64,000 nucleotides of DNA from Methanosphaera stadtmanae (GCA_015062825.1 SUTR01000003.1:22716-86715), one strand, 5' to 3'. Numbered from the stretch's first letter, positions 21,324 through 33,458 are shown. Notes: a model not told the origin generated them from the sequence alone. Numbers and translations: made by a program.

Positions 21324-23330
21324 ATGACTATGTTTAGGCCAGCGAAAATGCAAAAATTAAGCATAGTAACATTGAACGAATACGCTAAACCAATCGTAGA
21401 CGCACTTCACGAAAAAGGTTATGTACAGATAGATGACTTATCTGAATTAATCCAGGAGGAAGAAGAATACGAAGGGTTAGATGTATCAAAGCAAGACCCT
21501 GTTGCTAGCAGAATAGCTTCATTATCAATGAAATGTAACAGTATTATTGATACTTTAAAATCTGCAGAGCAATCACAAAGTATAGTGGATGTTATTAAAG
21601 GATATATCAGCCCTAAAGAAATTCATCCAACAGAAGTTGAAGATTTAAAATCTGAAGAATTAGCTGATAAGGCTGATGAAATAATCAGTAAAGTTGATAA
21701 TGTTCTCAGTCCAATTGAATCAAGAATGAATGAAATTGGATCTGAAAAAACAAAATATAATGATTCTTTAAATGTTGCAACACAATTAGATAGTTTCGAC
21801 ATTGATTTTGCTTATTTACAAAACACTAAATACACTAGTGTAATAACAGGTAAATTACCAACTGAACATTTATCTGATGCAAAATCACAAATTGAAGAAA
21901 TTACTGATGAAGTATATATATCAGAAGGTTCAACATCTACCAAAGGTGATGTAACATACGTACCTCTAGTTATCGTAGCTTCAAGCAACTTTGAAGAAGA
22001 AATATCTGGTGTCTTAAGACGTTTGGAATTTGAAAAATTAGATGTATCCGGCTTAAGCGGTAAATCTAGTGAAATTATCGAAGCATCTCAAGGCAAACTA
22101 GATGAATTGGAAAAAGAAAGAAATCAATGTTTAAAAGATATTGGCGAAATAGGCCAACGTTCAAAAGAACATCTTTTAGTAATTAACGAACAGTTAGAAG
22201 TTGAAAAAGAAAGAACAGAAATATACTCATACTTCGGTGAAACAAAAACTTCTAAGATGTTTAAGGCATGGGTACCTAAAGACGATGTTGATGAAACATT
22301 ATCTTTAATAGACGAACTTTCAGATGGTCATAGTATTATTGAAGTAGAAGATCCTACTGAAGAAGAAATAGACAACAACAAAGTTCCTGTAAAACAAATA
22401 AATCCTGGTTTTGCAAAACCATATGAATTATTTGTAAACATGTACTCAACACCTAACTACAAAGATATAGACCCTACTATAATCATGGCATTTTGTTTCC
22501 CATTTTTCTTCGGTTACTGTTTAACCGATGCATTCTATGGAATCATATTGGCAATTGTAGGATTCATTCTATATCAGGGAATGGGAAAATTCAGCAAAAC
22601 ATATAAATCATTTGGTGTAGTTGTACTACAATGTGGTTTATGGACAATTCTGTTAGGATTGCTAACAGGAGGATTCATAGGAGACTTTGTCCCTAGATTT
22701 ATATTTGGTGATGCTAATGCACCTTTACCAACGGTTATACCGTCAATCAATGCATTTGCACATCCGGAAAACATTTTGATTATTGCTATAATCATAGGTT
22801 TAATACACTTAAACATAGCATTCTTATTCGGTATTATTGACAATGTAAAACGTGGTAATATCAAAGAACTATGTGGTGGACAATTATGTTGGGTTCTCAT
22901 TGAACTATCTATAGTAGCATACTTATTAACCGGTTCATTAATAGCTTTAGGAGTAATATTCGTAATTGCATTATTACTATTAATATACGGAGCAGGACCA
23001 ATGGGAGTAATGGACATATTCGGTTTCATTGGAGATGTATTATCATATTCAAGATTACTTGCATTATGTCTTTCAACAGGTGGTATTGCAATGACTGCTA
23101 ACCTCTTATGTGAAATGTTAACAGGTATGGTACCATATGTAGGTATTGTTATTGGAATAATCGTATTCTTAGGTATACACTTATTCAACATTGCATTCCA
23201 GTCCATGGGAGCATTTATCCACTCACTTCGTCTACACTTTGTAGAATTCTTCGGAAACTTCTACGAAGGAGACAGTGCAGAATTCACACCATTCAAAGCA
23301 GTTAGAATTCATACTAAATTAAGAAAATAA
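21324..23330 (+). CDS. atpI: A1Ao ATP synthase subunit I (a)
   Basis: MFRPAKM, DIDPT..FFGYCLTD, SYSRLLAL, LRLHFVEFF. Confidence 0.96.
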   Translation: MTMFRPAKMQKLSIVTLNEYAKPIVDALHEKGYVQIDDLSELIQEEEEYEGLDVSKQDPVASRIASLSMKCNSIIDTLKSAEQSQSIVDVIKGYISPKEIHPTEVEDLKSEELADKADEIISKVDNVLSPIESRMNEIGSEKTKYNDSLNVATQLDSFDIDFAYLQNTKYTSVITGKLPTEHLSDAKSQIEEITDEVYISEGSTSTKGDVTYVPLVIVASSNFEEEISGVLRRLEFEKLDVSGLSGKSSEIIEASQGKLDELEKERNQCLKDIGEIGQRSKEHLLVINEQLEVEKERTEIYSYFGETKTSKMFKAWVPKDDVDETLSLIDELSDGHSIIEVEDPTEEEIDNNKVPVKQINPGFAKPYELFVNMYSTPNYKDIDPTIIMAFCFPFFFGYCLTDAFYGIILAIVGFILYQGMGKFSKTYKSFGVVVLQCGLWTILLGLLTGGFIGDFVPRFIFGDANAPLPTVIPSINAFAHPENILIIAIIIGLIHLNIAFLFGIIDNVKRGNIKELCGGQLCWVLIELSIVAYLLTGSLIALGVIFVIALLLLIYGAGPMGVMDIFGFIGDVLSYSRLLALCLSTGGIAMTANLLCEMLTGMVPYVGIVIGIIVFLGIHLFNIAFQSMGAFIHSLRLHFVEFFGNFYEGDSAEFTPFKAVRIHTKLRK

Positions 23331-23529
23331 TTTGAAATTAATTTATAATATTTCAGATATTATTTTAAAAAATTTAATAAAAACTTTAGGATAAATTGTG
23401 TTTAAATAAACACAACATCATGTTTACAAAAGTTCATGAATGGAAATTTTATCCACATGTCGTAAAAAAATCGTGTGTTTGACAGCACATATCACAAAAA
23501 TAACTTTATTCAATTAGGAGGAAAAAATT

Positions 23530-24018
23530 ATGGCAGCAGAATTAGCATTAGGTTCAGCATTAGCTGCAATAGGTGCTGGTGTTGCAGTAGGTTTTGCAGC
23601 ATTAGGTTCAGGTATCGGTCAAGGTATCGCATCAAGTGCATCTGTAGGTGCAGTAGCTGAAGATTCAAGTATGTTTGCACAAGGTTTAGTATTTACAGCT
23701 ATTCCTGAAACTCAGGCTATTTACGGTTTCCTTATAGCTATCTTATTATTAGTATTTTCAGGAATTATGGGAGGTAACCCATTAGGAGTAACCTCAGGTT
23801 TAGTCGCAATCGGTGCTGGAGCAGCAGTTGGTTTCGGTGGTCTTGGTTCAGGTATGGGTCAAGGTATTGCATCAAGTGCATCTGTAGGTGCAGTTGTAGA
23901 AGAACCTAGTATGTTTGCTCAAGGTTTAGTATTTACAGCTATTCCTGAAACTCAGGCTATTTACGGTTTCCTTATAGCTATCTTATTATTAGTATTCGGT
24001 GGAATACTCGGAGCATAA
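23530..24018 (+). CDS. atpK: A1Ao ATP synthase subunit K (c), two-hairpin proteolipid
   Basis: Two copies of GQG...AIPETQAIYG; AGGAGG RBS. Confidence 0.97.
   Translation: MAAELALGSALAAIGAGVAVGFAALGSGIGQGIASSASVGAVAEDSSMFAQGLVFTAIPETQAIYGFLIAILLLVFSGIMGGNPLGVTSGLVAIGAGAAVGFGGLGSGMGQGIASSASVGAVVEEPSMFAQGLVFTAIPETQAIYGFLIAILLLVFGGILGA
23680..23996 (+). repeat. Perfect 77-nt direct repeat inside atpK (23680-23756 and 23920-23996, 240-nt period)
   Basis: Base-by-base comparison of the two halves. Confidence 0.9.
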
Positions 24019-24078
24019 GTAGATAATACTAAAGGCATTCATGGCCTTTAAAAACAATATTTTTTTGGAGGAAACTAG

Positions 24079-24702
24079 ATGAGCGTTGGAGCAGATAAAA
24101 TAATATCCAGTATTAACGCAGATGCTAAAGCACAAGCTGATGAAATTCTCTCCAAAGCTAGTGCACAATGTGATGAAATTAGTGCAACTGGTAATGAAAA
24201 AGCTGAAGAAGAAGCAGCACAAATTCTTGCTTCTGCAGAAAAACAAGCTGACATGAAATATCAACAAATTATTTCAGAAGCTAAAGTTTCATCAAGAAGA
24301 AAAGAATTAGAAGCTCGTGAAGAATTAATCGATAAAGCTTTCAGAATTGCATCAGAAAAAATTGAAAAACAAGCATCTGAAAATTCCACAACATATGTGG
24401 ATTCTTTAAAAAATATGATTAAAGATGCTTCATTACAAGTAGGTGGAAATCAACTTGAAATTCTCGTAAGAGCAGATGATGTTGATAATGTAAAATCTAT
24501 GATTAATGAAGTATCCGAATATGTTACTAAAGAAACAGGTAAAGAAACTTCCTTCATCATTGGAGAACCAATAGAAATTATTGGTGGAGCAGTAGTTAGA
24601 ACTATTGATGGTGAAATCGAAGTTAAAAATACAATTGAAGCTCGTATGCTTCGATATAAAAAATATTTAAGATCAGAGGTTGCTAAAAAACTATTTAGCT
24701 AG
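24079..24702 (+). CDS. atpE: A1Ao ATP synthase subunit E
   Basis: Coiled-coil N-terminus; IIGGAVVRT..KNTIEAR. Confidence 0.93.
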   Translation: MSVGADKIISSINADAKAQADEILSKASAQCDEISATGNEKAEEEAAQILASAEKQADMKYQQIISEAKVSSRRKELEAREELIDKAFRIASEKIEKQASENSTTYVDSLKNMIKDASLQVGGNQLEILVRADDVDNVKSMINEVSEYVTKETGKETSFIIGEPIEIIGGAVVRTIDGEIEVKNTIEARMLRYKKYLRSEVAKKLFS

Positions 24703-24721
24703 TCATAGGAGGAGAATTTAA

Positions 24722-25879
24722 ATGGAAGAAAGCATTACAGATTTAATTACATCTTTCGGATTCTCTTCTCCTGAAGCATTCATTGCATTATTAGTAGTGG
24801 TACTTGCTGTAATAGGAGCAATCATAGTAGTAATAACTTTCAGACCATTGATGGAATATTATCCATATACATACCCTAACTCAAGAGTTAGAGCTAAAAT
24901 TGGAAAATTATTCAGTGAAAAACAACTCACAGAATTAGCAGAAGCAGAAAGCCTTGAAGAAGTACAAAATTACTTAAGAGGTACAAGAGATTATGCGAAA
25001 TTTGTTGACAAATACCCAATTGAACAAGCATTAGATGCAAACTTAGCTGAATCATATGATTTACTTGCAAGAATTGCACCTAAAACATTAAAACCAACAT
25101 TTGAATTAATGTTAGACCAATGGGATATTAAAAACATAAAAAGTGTACTAATTGCTAAAGAAGCTAAATTAAATGAAGAAGAAACTCGTGAGTTACTAGT
25201 TCCATACGGTGCTCTTAAAAATGATCAAGACAAATTAATTGAAGCAGATTCTGTTCAAGAATTAATTGTTGCTCTTGAAGGAACACCATATGCTAAATTA
25301 CTAGAAGATGCTTTACCTGATTACAATGAAAATAAAACTTTATTAACATTAGAATCAGCATTAGATAATTATTACTATGATAAATTACTAGTAGCTTCTT
25401 CAAGTCAAGAAGATGACAATACTAGAATGTTACACAGTTACATAGGAACAAAAGTAGATATCGAAAATATTAAGATTATAATGAGAGCTAAAGCAGATGG
25501 TCTTTCATTTGAACAAATCAATCCATATGTAATTAACAGAGGTTACAGATTACGTGATTGGAAACTTAAAGAGTTCATGGAATCTGAAGATATGAATTCA
25601 TTATTAAGCAGTATCGAAAGTTCAGATTATGGTAGTGTGGTAGCAGATCATATACCAGAATATAATCAAACACAATCAATTTCAGTATTTGATGAAGCAT
25701 TAGATACATATGAAAGAGATACAGCTAAAAATATCTTTAGGAAAAAACCATTTGGTATAGGTCCTATTGTTGGTTTCATGTATAAAAAAGAAATTGAAAT
25801 CAAAAATCTTAAAATTATCGCAAGAAGTAAACGCGGACCTATTATACCTAGTTCCGAAATTAAGGAGATGTTATTATGA
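24722..25879 (+). CDS. atpC: A1Ao ATP synthase subunit C
   Basis: YTYPNSRVRA, DIKNIK, VDIENIKIIMR, KEIEIKNLKIIAR. Confidence 0.93.
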   Translation: MEESITDLITSFGFSSPEAFIALLVVVLAVIGAIIVVITFRPLMEYYPYTYPNSRVRAKIGKLFSEKQLTELAEAESLEEVQNYLRGTRDYAKFVDKYPIEQALDANLAESYDLLARIAPKTLKPTFELMLDQWDIKNIKSVLIAKEAKLNEEETRELLVPYGALKNDQDKLIEADSVQELIVALEGTPYAKLLEDALPDYNENKTLLTLESALDNYYYDKLLVASSSQEDDNTRMLHSYIGTKVDIENIKIIMRAKADGLSFEQINPYVINRGYRLRDWKLKEFMESEDMNSLLSSIESSDYGSVVADHIPEYNQTQSISVFDEALDTYERDTAKNIFRKKPFGIGPIVGFMYKKEIEIKNLKIIARSKRGPIIPSSEIKEMLL

Positions 25880-26196
25880 AAAAAGATATCGCTATAATGG
25901 CAGATCCAGATACAGTAACTGGTTTTATGTTAGGTGGAATCAAAAGCGGTTTCCCTGTACATAATGAAGATGAAGCAAAAACAACTTTAAAACAGTTAGT
26001 AGATGATAATTACTCTATTATTATTACTACTGAACATATTGGTGATGAATTAAGGGAAGATATTACCAAATATACTAATTCAACAGCATTACCAATGATA
26101 ATAGAAGTACCAGATAAGTCAGGTTCACATAAAAGAGAAACTGACCCAATGAATGAACTTATTAAAAGAGTTATTGGGGTTGAGATGGTAAAATGA
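25876..26196 (+). CDS. atpF: A1Ao ATP synthase subunit F
   Basis: [17 protein letters not shown]...IKRVIGVE. Confidence 0.95.
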   Translation: MKKDIAIMADPDTVTGFMLGGIKSGFPVHNEDEAKTTLKQLVDDNYSIIITTEHIGDELREDITKYTNSTALPMIIEVPDKSGSHKRETDPMNELIKRVIGVEMVK

Positions 26197-27947
26197 TCAC
26201 AGGAAATATTATTAAAATTGCAGGTCCAGTTATTGTCGGTGGAGGTATGAGAGGTACCCAGATGCACGAAATGGTTCGTGTCGGTGAAATTGGACTCATA
26301 GGTGAAATTATTGAACTTGAAGGCGACACAGCTACAATTCAGGTTTACGAAGAAACTGCTGGTATTAAACCAGGAGAAAAAATAGAAAGTACTGGTGGTC
26401 CACTCTCAGTAGAATTAGGTCCAGGTATACTTAAATCTATTTACGATGGTATTCAAAGACCATTAACTGAAATTAAAAGTTTATCTGGAGATTACTTACC
26501 TAGAGGGGTAGACGTACCAGCATTAGATAAAACAAAAGAATGGGACTTTAAACCAACAGTATCTGTTGGAGACAAAGTATCCGGTGGAGATATTCTTGGT
26601 ACAGTACAAGAAACTGTAGCAATAGAACACAAAGTAATGGTACCACCTAATGTTTCAGGAACAATAAAATCTATTGAAAGTGGAAGACACACTGTAATAG
26701 ATGACATTGCTGAAGTTGAAACTGAAGATGGAATCAAAAAATTACAAATGATGCAAATTTGGCCAGTAAGAGTAGGTAGACCATACGTCAACAAATTAGA
26801 CCCAGATGTACCACTTATAACAGGTCAACGTGCACAAGATACATTCTTCTGTGTTGCTAAAGGTGGAACATCAGCTATTCCAGGACCATTCGGTTCAGGA
26901 AAAACAGTTACACAGCAACAATTAGCTAAATGGGCAGACGCTGATATAGTTGTATATATTGGATGTGGAGAACGTGGTAACGAAATGACAGAAGTACTTA
27001 CTGAGTTCCCAGAATTAGAAGACCCAAAAACTGGAAATCCATTAATGGACAGAACAGTTCTTATTGCTAACACATCAAACATGCCGGTAGCAGCTAGGGA
27101 AGCTTGTGTATACACAGGTATTACCATTGCAGAATACTTCAGAGATATGGGTTACGATGTAGCACTTATGGCAGACAGTACCTCAAGATGGGCAGAAGCT
27201 ATGAGGGAAATTTCCGGACGTCTTGAAGAAATGCCTGGGGAAGAAGGTTACCCTGCATACTTAGCTTCAAGATTAGCACAGTTCTATGAACGTGCAGGAC
27301 GTGTAACCACACTCGGTTCACACAAAGCTATATCCTCTGTAACAGTAGTCGGTGCAGTATCTCCTGCAGGTGGGGACGTATCAGAACCAGTTACAACCAA
27401 CACATTACGTATTGCAAAAGTATACTGGGCTTTAGATGCATCACTTGCAGACAGACGTCACTTCCCATCCATCAACTGGTTGAACAGTTACTCACTTTAT
27501 GTGGACAGTATCACCCCATGGTGGAACAACGAAGTTGGTAGCGATTGGAGGGACTTAAGAAATACAGCAATGGCTTTATTACAGAAAGAAGCAGAACTTA
27601 ACGAAATTGTACAATTAGTTGGTCCTGATGCATTACCTGAAAAAGATCGTGTAACATTAGAAGCAGCTCGTATGTTAAGAGAAGACTTCCTACAACAAAA
27701 CGCATTCGATGATACAGATACATACTGTTCACCTAAAAAACAATATAACATGCTAAAAACACTTTTATTATACAACACAGTAGCACAAGAAGCATTAGCT
27801 GACGGTGCAGATGTAACTAAACTTGTTAACTTAGATGTTAGAGTAGACTTAGACAGAATGAAATATGTACCTGAAGATGAATTCGATGCTAAAACTGAAG
27901 AATTAAGAGATCTTATCCAAAAACAATGTAGTGAGGCTGGACAATGA
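26193..27947 (+). CDS. atpA: A1Ao ATP synthase subunit A
   Basis: GPFGSGKT P-loop, [17 protein letters not shown]; no intein seen (584 aa). Confidence 0.98.
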   Translation: MITGNIIKIAGPVIVGGGMRGTQMHEMVRVGEIGLIGEIIELEGDTATIQVYEETAGIKPGEKIESTGGPLSVELGPGILKSIYDGIQRPLTEIKSLSGDYLPRGVDVPALDKTKEWDFKPTVSVGDKVSGGDILGTVQETVAIEHKVMVPPNVSGTIKSIESGRHTVIDDIAEVETEDGIKKLQMMQIWPVRVGRPYVNKLDPDVPLITGQRAQDTFFCVAKGGTSAIPGPFGSGKTVTQQQLAKWADADIVVYIGCGERGNEMTEVLTEFPELEDPKTGNPLMDRTVLIANTSNMPVAAREACVYTGITIAEYFRDMGYDVALMADSTSRWAEAMREISGRLEEMPGEEGYPAYLASRLAQFYERAGRVTTLGSHKAISSVTVVGAVSPAGGDVSEPVTTNTLRIAKVYWALDASLADRRHFPSINWLNSYSLYVDSITPWWNNEVGSDWRDLRNTAMALLQKEAELNEIVQLVGPDALPEKDRVTLEAARMLREDFLQQNAFDDTDTYCSPKKQYNMLKTLLLYNTVAQEALADGADVTKLVNLDVRVDLDRMKYVPEDEFDAKTEELRDLIQKQCSEAGQ

Positions 27948-29371
27948 ATGATGTAGATATTAAAACAAGAGAATATACTACAGTATCCGAAGTATCTGGA
28001 CCTTTAATGGTTGTTCAAGATGTTGAAGGTGTAGCATACAATGAAATTGTAGAAATCGAAACACCTGATGGTGAACAAAGAACTGGTCAAGTTCTCGAAG
28101 TAGAAAATGACATAGCACTTGTTCAGGTATTCGAAGGTACAAGTAACCTTAACACTCTTTCAACAAAAGTTCGTTTCACCGGTGAAACTGCAAAAATTGG
28201 TGTATCAACCGACATGCTTGGAAGAATTTTCAACGGTATAGGTAAACCTATAGATGGCGGACCAGATATCATATCTGACAAAGAATTAGACGTAAACGGT
28301 TCACCTATGAACCCAGCAGCAAGACAGTTCCCTGCAGAATTTATTCAAACAGGTATTTCCACAATTGACGGAATGAACACTCTTGTACGTGGTCAGAAAT
28401 TACCTATCTTTTCAGGTTCTGGTTTACCACACAACCAACTTGCAGCTCAAATTGCAAGACAGGCAAAAGTACTTGCAGAAGATACTGAATTTGCAGTAAT
28501 CTTCGGTGCTATGGGTATTACTCACGAAGAAGCAAACTTCTTCATGAACGAGTTTGAACAAACTGGTGCACTTGAAAGAGTAACAGTATTCATGAACTTA
28601 GCAGATGACCCTGCTATTGAAAGAATCATGACCCCTAAAATGGCTTTAACAACTGCTGAATACCTTGCATTTGAAAAAGGTATGCACGTATTAGTAATTC
28701 TTACTGATATTACCAACTATTGTGAAGCACTTAGGGAAATTTCATCTGCACGTAGTGAAGTACCTGGTCGTAGAGGTTATCCTGGTTACATGTACACTGA
28801 CTTATCACAGATGTACGAACGTGCAGGACGTATCAGTGGTAAAGAAGGTTCAATTACACAGATGCCTATCTTAGTTATGCCACAGGACGATATTACACAT
28901 CCAATTCCTGACTTAACTGGATATATTACAGAAGGTCAGATTGTATTAGATCGTGAATTAGACAGAACAGGTATTTATCCTCCTGTAAACGTACTTCCTT
29001 CATTATCAAGGTTAATGAGTGGGGGTATTGGTGGAGAACGTACTCGTGAAGATCACAGTGGAGTTTCAGACCAGTTATATGCTGCTTATGCAGAAGGTCG
29101 TGACTTAAGAGACTTAACTGCTGTAGTAGGGGAAGAAGCTTTAACTGAAAACGACTTAAAATACTTAAGATTTGCTGATGCATTCGAAGATGAATTCATT
29201 AGACAAAGTCTTGACGAAGACAGATCAATCCAAGAAACTCTTGACTTAGGTTGGAAATTATTATCTATCTTACCTAAAACTGAACTTAAACGTGTTAAAG
29301 ACGAATTCGTTGAAAAATATTTACCATCTCAAGAAGCTGTTGAAACAGAAGAAGAAGCTGTTGAAGAATAG
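27944..29371 (+). CDS. atpB: A1Ao ATP synthase subunit B
   Basis: [41 protein letters not shown]. Confidence 0.98.
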   Translation: MNDVDIKTREYTTVSEVSGPLMVVQDVEGVAYNEIVEIETPDGEQRTGQVLEVENDIALVQVFEGTSNLNTLSTKVRFTGETAKIGVSTDMLGRIFNGIGKPIDGGPDIISDKELDVNGSPMNPAARQFPAEFIQTGISTIDGMNTLVRGQKLPIFSGSGLPHNQLAAQIARQAKVLAEDTEFAVIFGAMGITHEEANFFMNEFEQTGALERVTVFMNLADDPAIERIMTPKMALTTAEYLAFEKGMHVLVILTDITNYCEALREISSARSEVPGRRGYPGYMYTDLSQMYERAGRISGKEGSITQMPILVMPQDDITHPIPDLTGYITEGQIVLDRELDRTGIYPPVNVLPSLSRLMSGGIGGERTREDHSGVSDQLYAAYAEGRDLRDLTAVVGEEALTENDLKYLRFADAFEDEFIRQSLDEDRSIQETLDLGWKLLSILPKTELKRVKDEFVEKYLPSQEAVETEEEAVEE

Positions 29372-29426
29372 TTTTGCTATTTCAACTATCGTTGATGGAA
29401 AATATATCAGACAAGGAGGTTAGATA

Positions 29427-30077
29427 ATGGCAGGAGATAAATTGGATGGAGTCAATCCAACTCGTATGGAACTTCTTAATCTAAAAGACCGAGCTAAATT
29501 ATCTACCAAAGGTCACAGTCTCCTTAAAGAAAAGAGAGACGCTCTAATTAAGGAGTTTTTTGAAATACTAGATCGTGTTCAAGGTTCTAGAGATGAAGTA
29601 GAAAAGAAACTAGCAATTGCATATGCAGAATTAAACAAAGCTCAAGTAGACATGGGAGACATGGCAGTTAAACGTGCTGCTTTATCAGTCAGAGAATCTA
29701 TCGAACTAGATATAAGTTCTAGAAGTATTATGGGAGTTTCTGTCCCTGTTGTTAAAAGTAAAGCTACACATAATGATCTTATAAGCAGAGGTTATGGTTT
29801 TGCTGGAACTTCAGCAAACTTAGATATTGCTGCTAAAGAATTCGAAGAGTCAATAAAAATCATTATTGAACTTGGAGAAATAGAAAAAACCATTATCATG
29901 TTAGCTCAAGAAATTGAAGCAACTAAAAGAAGAGTAAATGCTCTAGAACATGTAATGATTCCTCGTATAAACAACACTATTTCATTTATTGAAATGCGTT
30001 TAGAGGAAATGGAAAGGGAACAATTCGTGCAGCTAAAAGTTATTAAACGTAATATGGATGCAAGAGATTCTGAATAA
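29427..30077 (+). CDS. atpD: A1Ao ATP synthase subunit D
   Basis: [27 protein letters not shown]. Confidence 0.97.
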   Translation: MAGDKLDGVNPTRMELLNLKDRAKLSTKGHSLLKEKRDALIKEFFEILDRVQGSRDEVEKKLAIAYAELNKAQVDMGDMAVKRAALSVRESIELDISSRSIMGVSVPVVKSKATHNDLISRGYGFAGTSANLDIAAKEFEESIKIIIELGEIEKTIIMLAQEIEATKRRVNALEHVMIPRINNTISFIEMRLEEMEREQFVQLKVIKRNMDARDSE

Positions 30078-30107
30078 TTTCATGGATTCTTCCATGATTA
30101 TTCTTTT
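30073..30107 (+). terminator. Hairpin plus T-tract ending the ATP synthase operon
   Basis: CATGGA-TTCT-TCCATG (30081-96) followed by ATTATTCTTTT. Confidence 0.6.
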
Positions 30108-30212
30108 CACTATCCTTTTCCAATTTTTAAAATACTATTTTTTTTATGAAAAAATTTATTAGATTAAACCAACTAATTTTAAATATTAACTATACTATCT
30201 ATTTTCAAGGTT

Positions 30213-31313
30213 GTGTACATTATTACAAAAATTTTAGTTGTTGGCTCAAATACCCTTACTATATCAAAATCATTAAAGAATTTAGGATATACAGTTTATG
30301 CCACTAGTTTTTTTAAGCTAATTGATCAGCTAGATTATGTGGATAAATTAATTGTTCCTGAGGATATTGATGATTTCAATTTAAATGCACTGGTTGATGT
30401 TGCATTGGATTATGTTAATGAAGTAGATTTTATAATCTGTACGAGTGATGTTGATCTGTCAAGATTTCCAAAGTCAAAAATAATAGGCAACAAGGATACT
30501 AATGCTATAAATGATAAGTTTAAGTTATATAAGAAATTATATAAGAATTTCTTACTTCCAACAACATATAAGTTGAAGTCTATTGATGAAGCTTTAGAAA
30601 TTGCTGATGCTTCTGATAAAAAGTTCATAGTCAAACCCATCAATGGTTCTGGTGGTGTCAATATTAACTATTTCAATGAGGATTCATATATTGATGATAC
30701 ATTTATTCTTCAGGAATATATTGAGGGACGTAGTGTAAGCAGTACATTCTTGTCTTATCCGAAGGATGATATGGATATGATTACCACATCTGATCAGGTC
30801 ATAGGATCTAAGCGATTGGGCGCATCATCTTTTCTTTATTGTGGCAATATTACTCCGCTGGTTAATTATACAAATAAGATTAATAACATATCATCTAAGA
30901 TTTCAAGGATGTATCATTTAGTTGGATGTAATGGTATTGACTTTGTATTGCATGATAACAATGTATATGTCCTAGAAGTTAATCCTAGGATTCCCGGTAC
31001 TATTGATACAATTCAGGAATCATATGATTTTAATCTCATCAAAGCACATATTGATTCTTGCAGTAATCATCATGTAAATATACCTAAAGTCAAACAGTTT
31101 GCTGTTAAATTAATCCCATATTCATTTAATGATGCATATTATATTTTATCCAACAATAATAATGTACAATGTATATCTGATGATAATTCTTTAATAAAAA
31201 AAGGATATCCTATATGTACTATAATAACCTCTGATAGAATATTGGAAAATGCAATGATGAAAGCAGAAATTATACAAAGACAGGTATATAATTCAATGAA
31301 AACTCATAAATAA
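30213..31313 (+). CDS. ATP-grasp fold carboligase of unknown function (COG2232-like); start uncertain
   Basis: FIVKPINGSGG, ILQEYIEG, NGIDFVL, VLEVNPR. Confidence 0.8.
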   Translation: MYIITKILVVGSNTLTISKSLKNLGYTVYATSFFKLIDQLDYVDKLIVPEDIDDFNLNALVDVALDYVNEVDFIICTSDVDLSRFPKSKIIGNKDTNAINDKFKLYKKLYKNFLLPTTYKLKSIDEALEIADASDKKFIVKPINGSGGVNINYFNEDSYIDDTFILQEYIEGRSVSSTFLSYPKDDMDMITTSDQVIGSKRLGASSFLYCGNITPLVNYTNKINNISSKISRMYHLVGCNGIDFVLHDNNVYVLEVNPRIPGTIDTIQESYDFNLIKAHIDSCSNHHVNIPKVKQFAVKLIPYSFNDAYYILSNNNNVQCISDDNSLIKKGYPICTIITSDRILENAMMKAEIIQRQVYNSMKTHK

Positions 31314-31547
31314 TATTTACTATGCTTTTTACTCTAAAAACATATATGTTAAATATTTACTCTTAACCTTTCACTTTATTTTGATCTTATTCTATTTAAA
31401 AATCTATCTTTCCATATTTCTCAAATAATATCATTACTTTTTACAATTTATGAATAATATATTACATTAACTATTGGTCAATTAAATTAGTATTATATTT
31501 ATGGTATAATTATCATAAATAATAATCATATAAATGAGGAATAAAAC

Positions 31548-33458
31548 ATGAAAAAGATAACAGTATTACTGATAATAATATTATTTCTTCTATTAGTTAT
31601 TGGCAGTGTTCATGCAGATGAATCTGAAATGAATAAATCATCCAACACAGAAGAAAATATTATAACACGGGATTCAAGCACTATTGAACAATCAAATGAC
31701 AATATAATTTCAAAACAGATAATCAAGGATTCTAAAGATATAAAAACATATAATTCAAATAATTATTCTACGCAATTGTTTGAAATGAAAAATATTACTT
31801 ACATTACTTCAAGTATAACCAGAGACTCCAAAAGGAATTATGTATTAAACTTAGAATTAAATGATTTCACACCAGAAAGGAATGAAAGAAATATTCTAAT
31901 CCTTTCAGATGATGCAACTAATAAAACTATTGGAAGAACAGTTGTGAATCATTATGGTAAGGCCAAGTATACATTGTCAAAAGATTATGCAAACAGTGTA
32001 ATTGATATAGAATTTCCATCTACTCAAAGATATTATGGAACAAGCACTCAAGTGACAATTCCCTCAGATCATGAAGAAATAATGTATGCATATACATATC
32101 ACAAAATTCAAACTCCTGTGGATGATTCAAATAAAAATTCTGATTCATATGCAGTAAATGAAAGTATTATGGTACATTCACAAATATTTAATCGTGATTT
32201 ATCTGGAAGCAAAGGTACTGTTACATATACCTTAAATAATCAAACAGTGATTAAAAAGAATATTACAGGAAGAATTATAGATACTGAAATTAAATTAAAT
32301 CAACTTGGATTAAATACTATTGAAATATATCAAGAATATGACTTTAATTATGCAAATAAAACTTTGAAAGTATATATAAATCCATTAAAATCAAAAATTA
32401 ACCTTACCTTACCTAAGATAATGATAAATAAAACCAATAAAATAATGCTTAATGTATATGATGAATTTAACAACAGTATATCTGATGGTAAAATAAATAT
32501 TAAAGTCAATAACGAATATCTTAAAAAGAACAATCAAATTATAAACTACACTATATCAAATGGTAAATGTAATGTAGATTACTTTGCACCATATAATATT
32601 AAATATAAATTAAATAATTTCACCGTATTATATACACCAACCAATAATTATATTTCATCAAGCACTTTCACAACCTATTTTATTCCATACCCATTAAATG
32701 GGTCAATGTTAGTATCAACAGACAAAACAACAGCAACAATGGGTCAACAAGTAACTTTCACTGCTGAAATCATAGCTAAGGGGATATCTAATTCATCCTC
32801 TAAAGTAAACACATTTAATGATTTCTTAAACAAACTGATTAAAACTACAGCAATAGGAATAAATCCAGCATATTCACAACCCGCTAGAATATCGGAGGAT
32901 TATAATCCTTATTCTGAAATTAGTAGGTTAACATTAAATGAGGGTGTAGTAATATTTAAGATTAATGGAGTAACTGTTAAAGATCAGAAAGGTAATCCTA
33001 TAAAGACTCAAGTCAAGAACAATACGGCATCACTTAACTTTACAATACCTGATGGTTGGAGTGCTAAACCAATAAAAATCACTGCTGTATACAGTAATAA
33101 ATATTTTGACAGAATAGAGAACAAGACTTACATTAATCTTACAAAAATTCTTACCAACATTACATTTAAAAAAGTAGCCTATAAAAACAACACATTATCT
33201 GTAGTTGCTCATATATCCGATAAAAATAATCATACAGTTCTTGGAAGAAATGTAATTGCAATAAAAATAAATGGAATAACAATAAAAAGAACCAAGACCA
33301 AAACCCAATATTATGTAGTTCAAAATGGAAGTATAAAACTTAATCTGAAATTGAACAACACCTACTTCAAAAAAGGAATAAATACCATTCACATAGTAAC
33401 TGGGGATAGAAATGCATATCTTGGCTGTAGAAATGATTATCGAATAAAAGTAGAATAA
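31548..33458 (+). CDS. Secreted adhesin-like protein with Ig-like repeats
   Basis: Signal peptide MKKITVLLIIILFLLLVIGSVHA; Asn/Thr-rich; repeats DGKINIKVN / EGVVIFKING / IAIKING. Confidence 0.85.
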   Translation: MKKITVLLIIILFLLLVIGSVHADESEMNKSSNTEENIITRDSSTIEQSNDNIISKQIIKDSKDIKTYNSNNYSTQLFEMKNITYITSSITRDSKRNYVLNLELNDFTPERNERNILILSDDATNKTIGRTVVNHYGKAKYTLSKDYANSVIDIEFPSTQRYYGTSTQVTIPSDHEEIMYAYTYHKIQTPVDDSNKNSDSYAVNESIMVHSQIFNRDLSGSKGTVTYTLNNQTVIKKNITGRIIDTEIKLNQLGLNTIEIYQEYDFNYANKTLKVYINPLKSKINLTLPKIMINKTNKIMLNVYDEFNNSISDGKINIKVNNEYLKKNNQIINYTISNGKCNVDYFAPYNIKYKLNNFTVLYTPTNNYISSSTFTTYFIPYPLNGSMLVSTDKTTATMGQQVTFTAEIIAKGISNSSSKVNTFNDFLNKLIKTTAIGINPAYSQPARISEDYNPYSEISRLTLNEGVVIFKINGVTVKDQKGNPIKTQVKNNTASLNFTIPDGWSAKPIKITAVYSNKYFDRIENKTYINLTKILTNITFKKVAYKNNTLSVVAHISDKNNHTVLGRNVIAIKINGITIKRTKTKTQYYVVQNGSIKLNLKLNNTYFKKGINTIHIVTGDRNAYLGCRNDYRIKVE

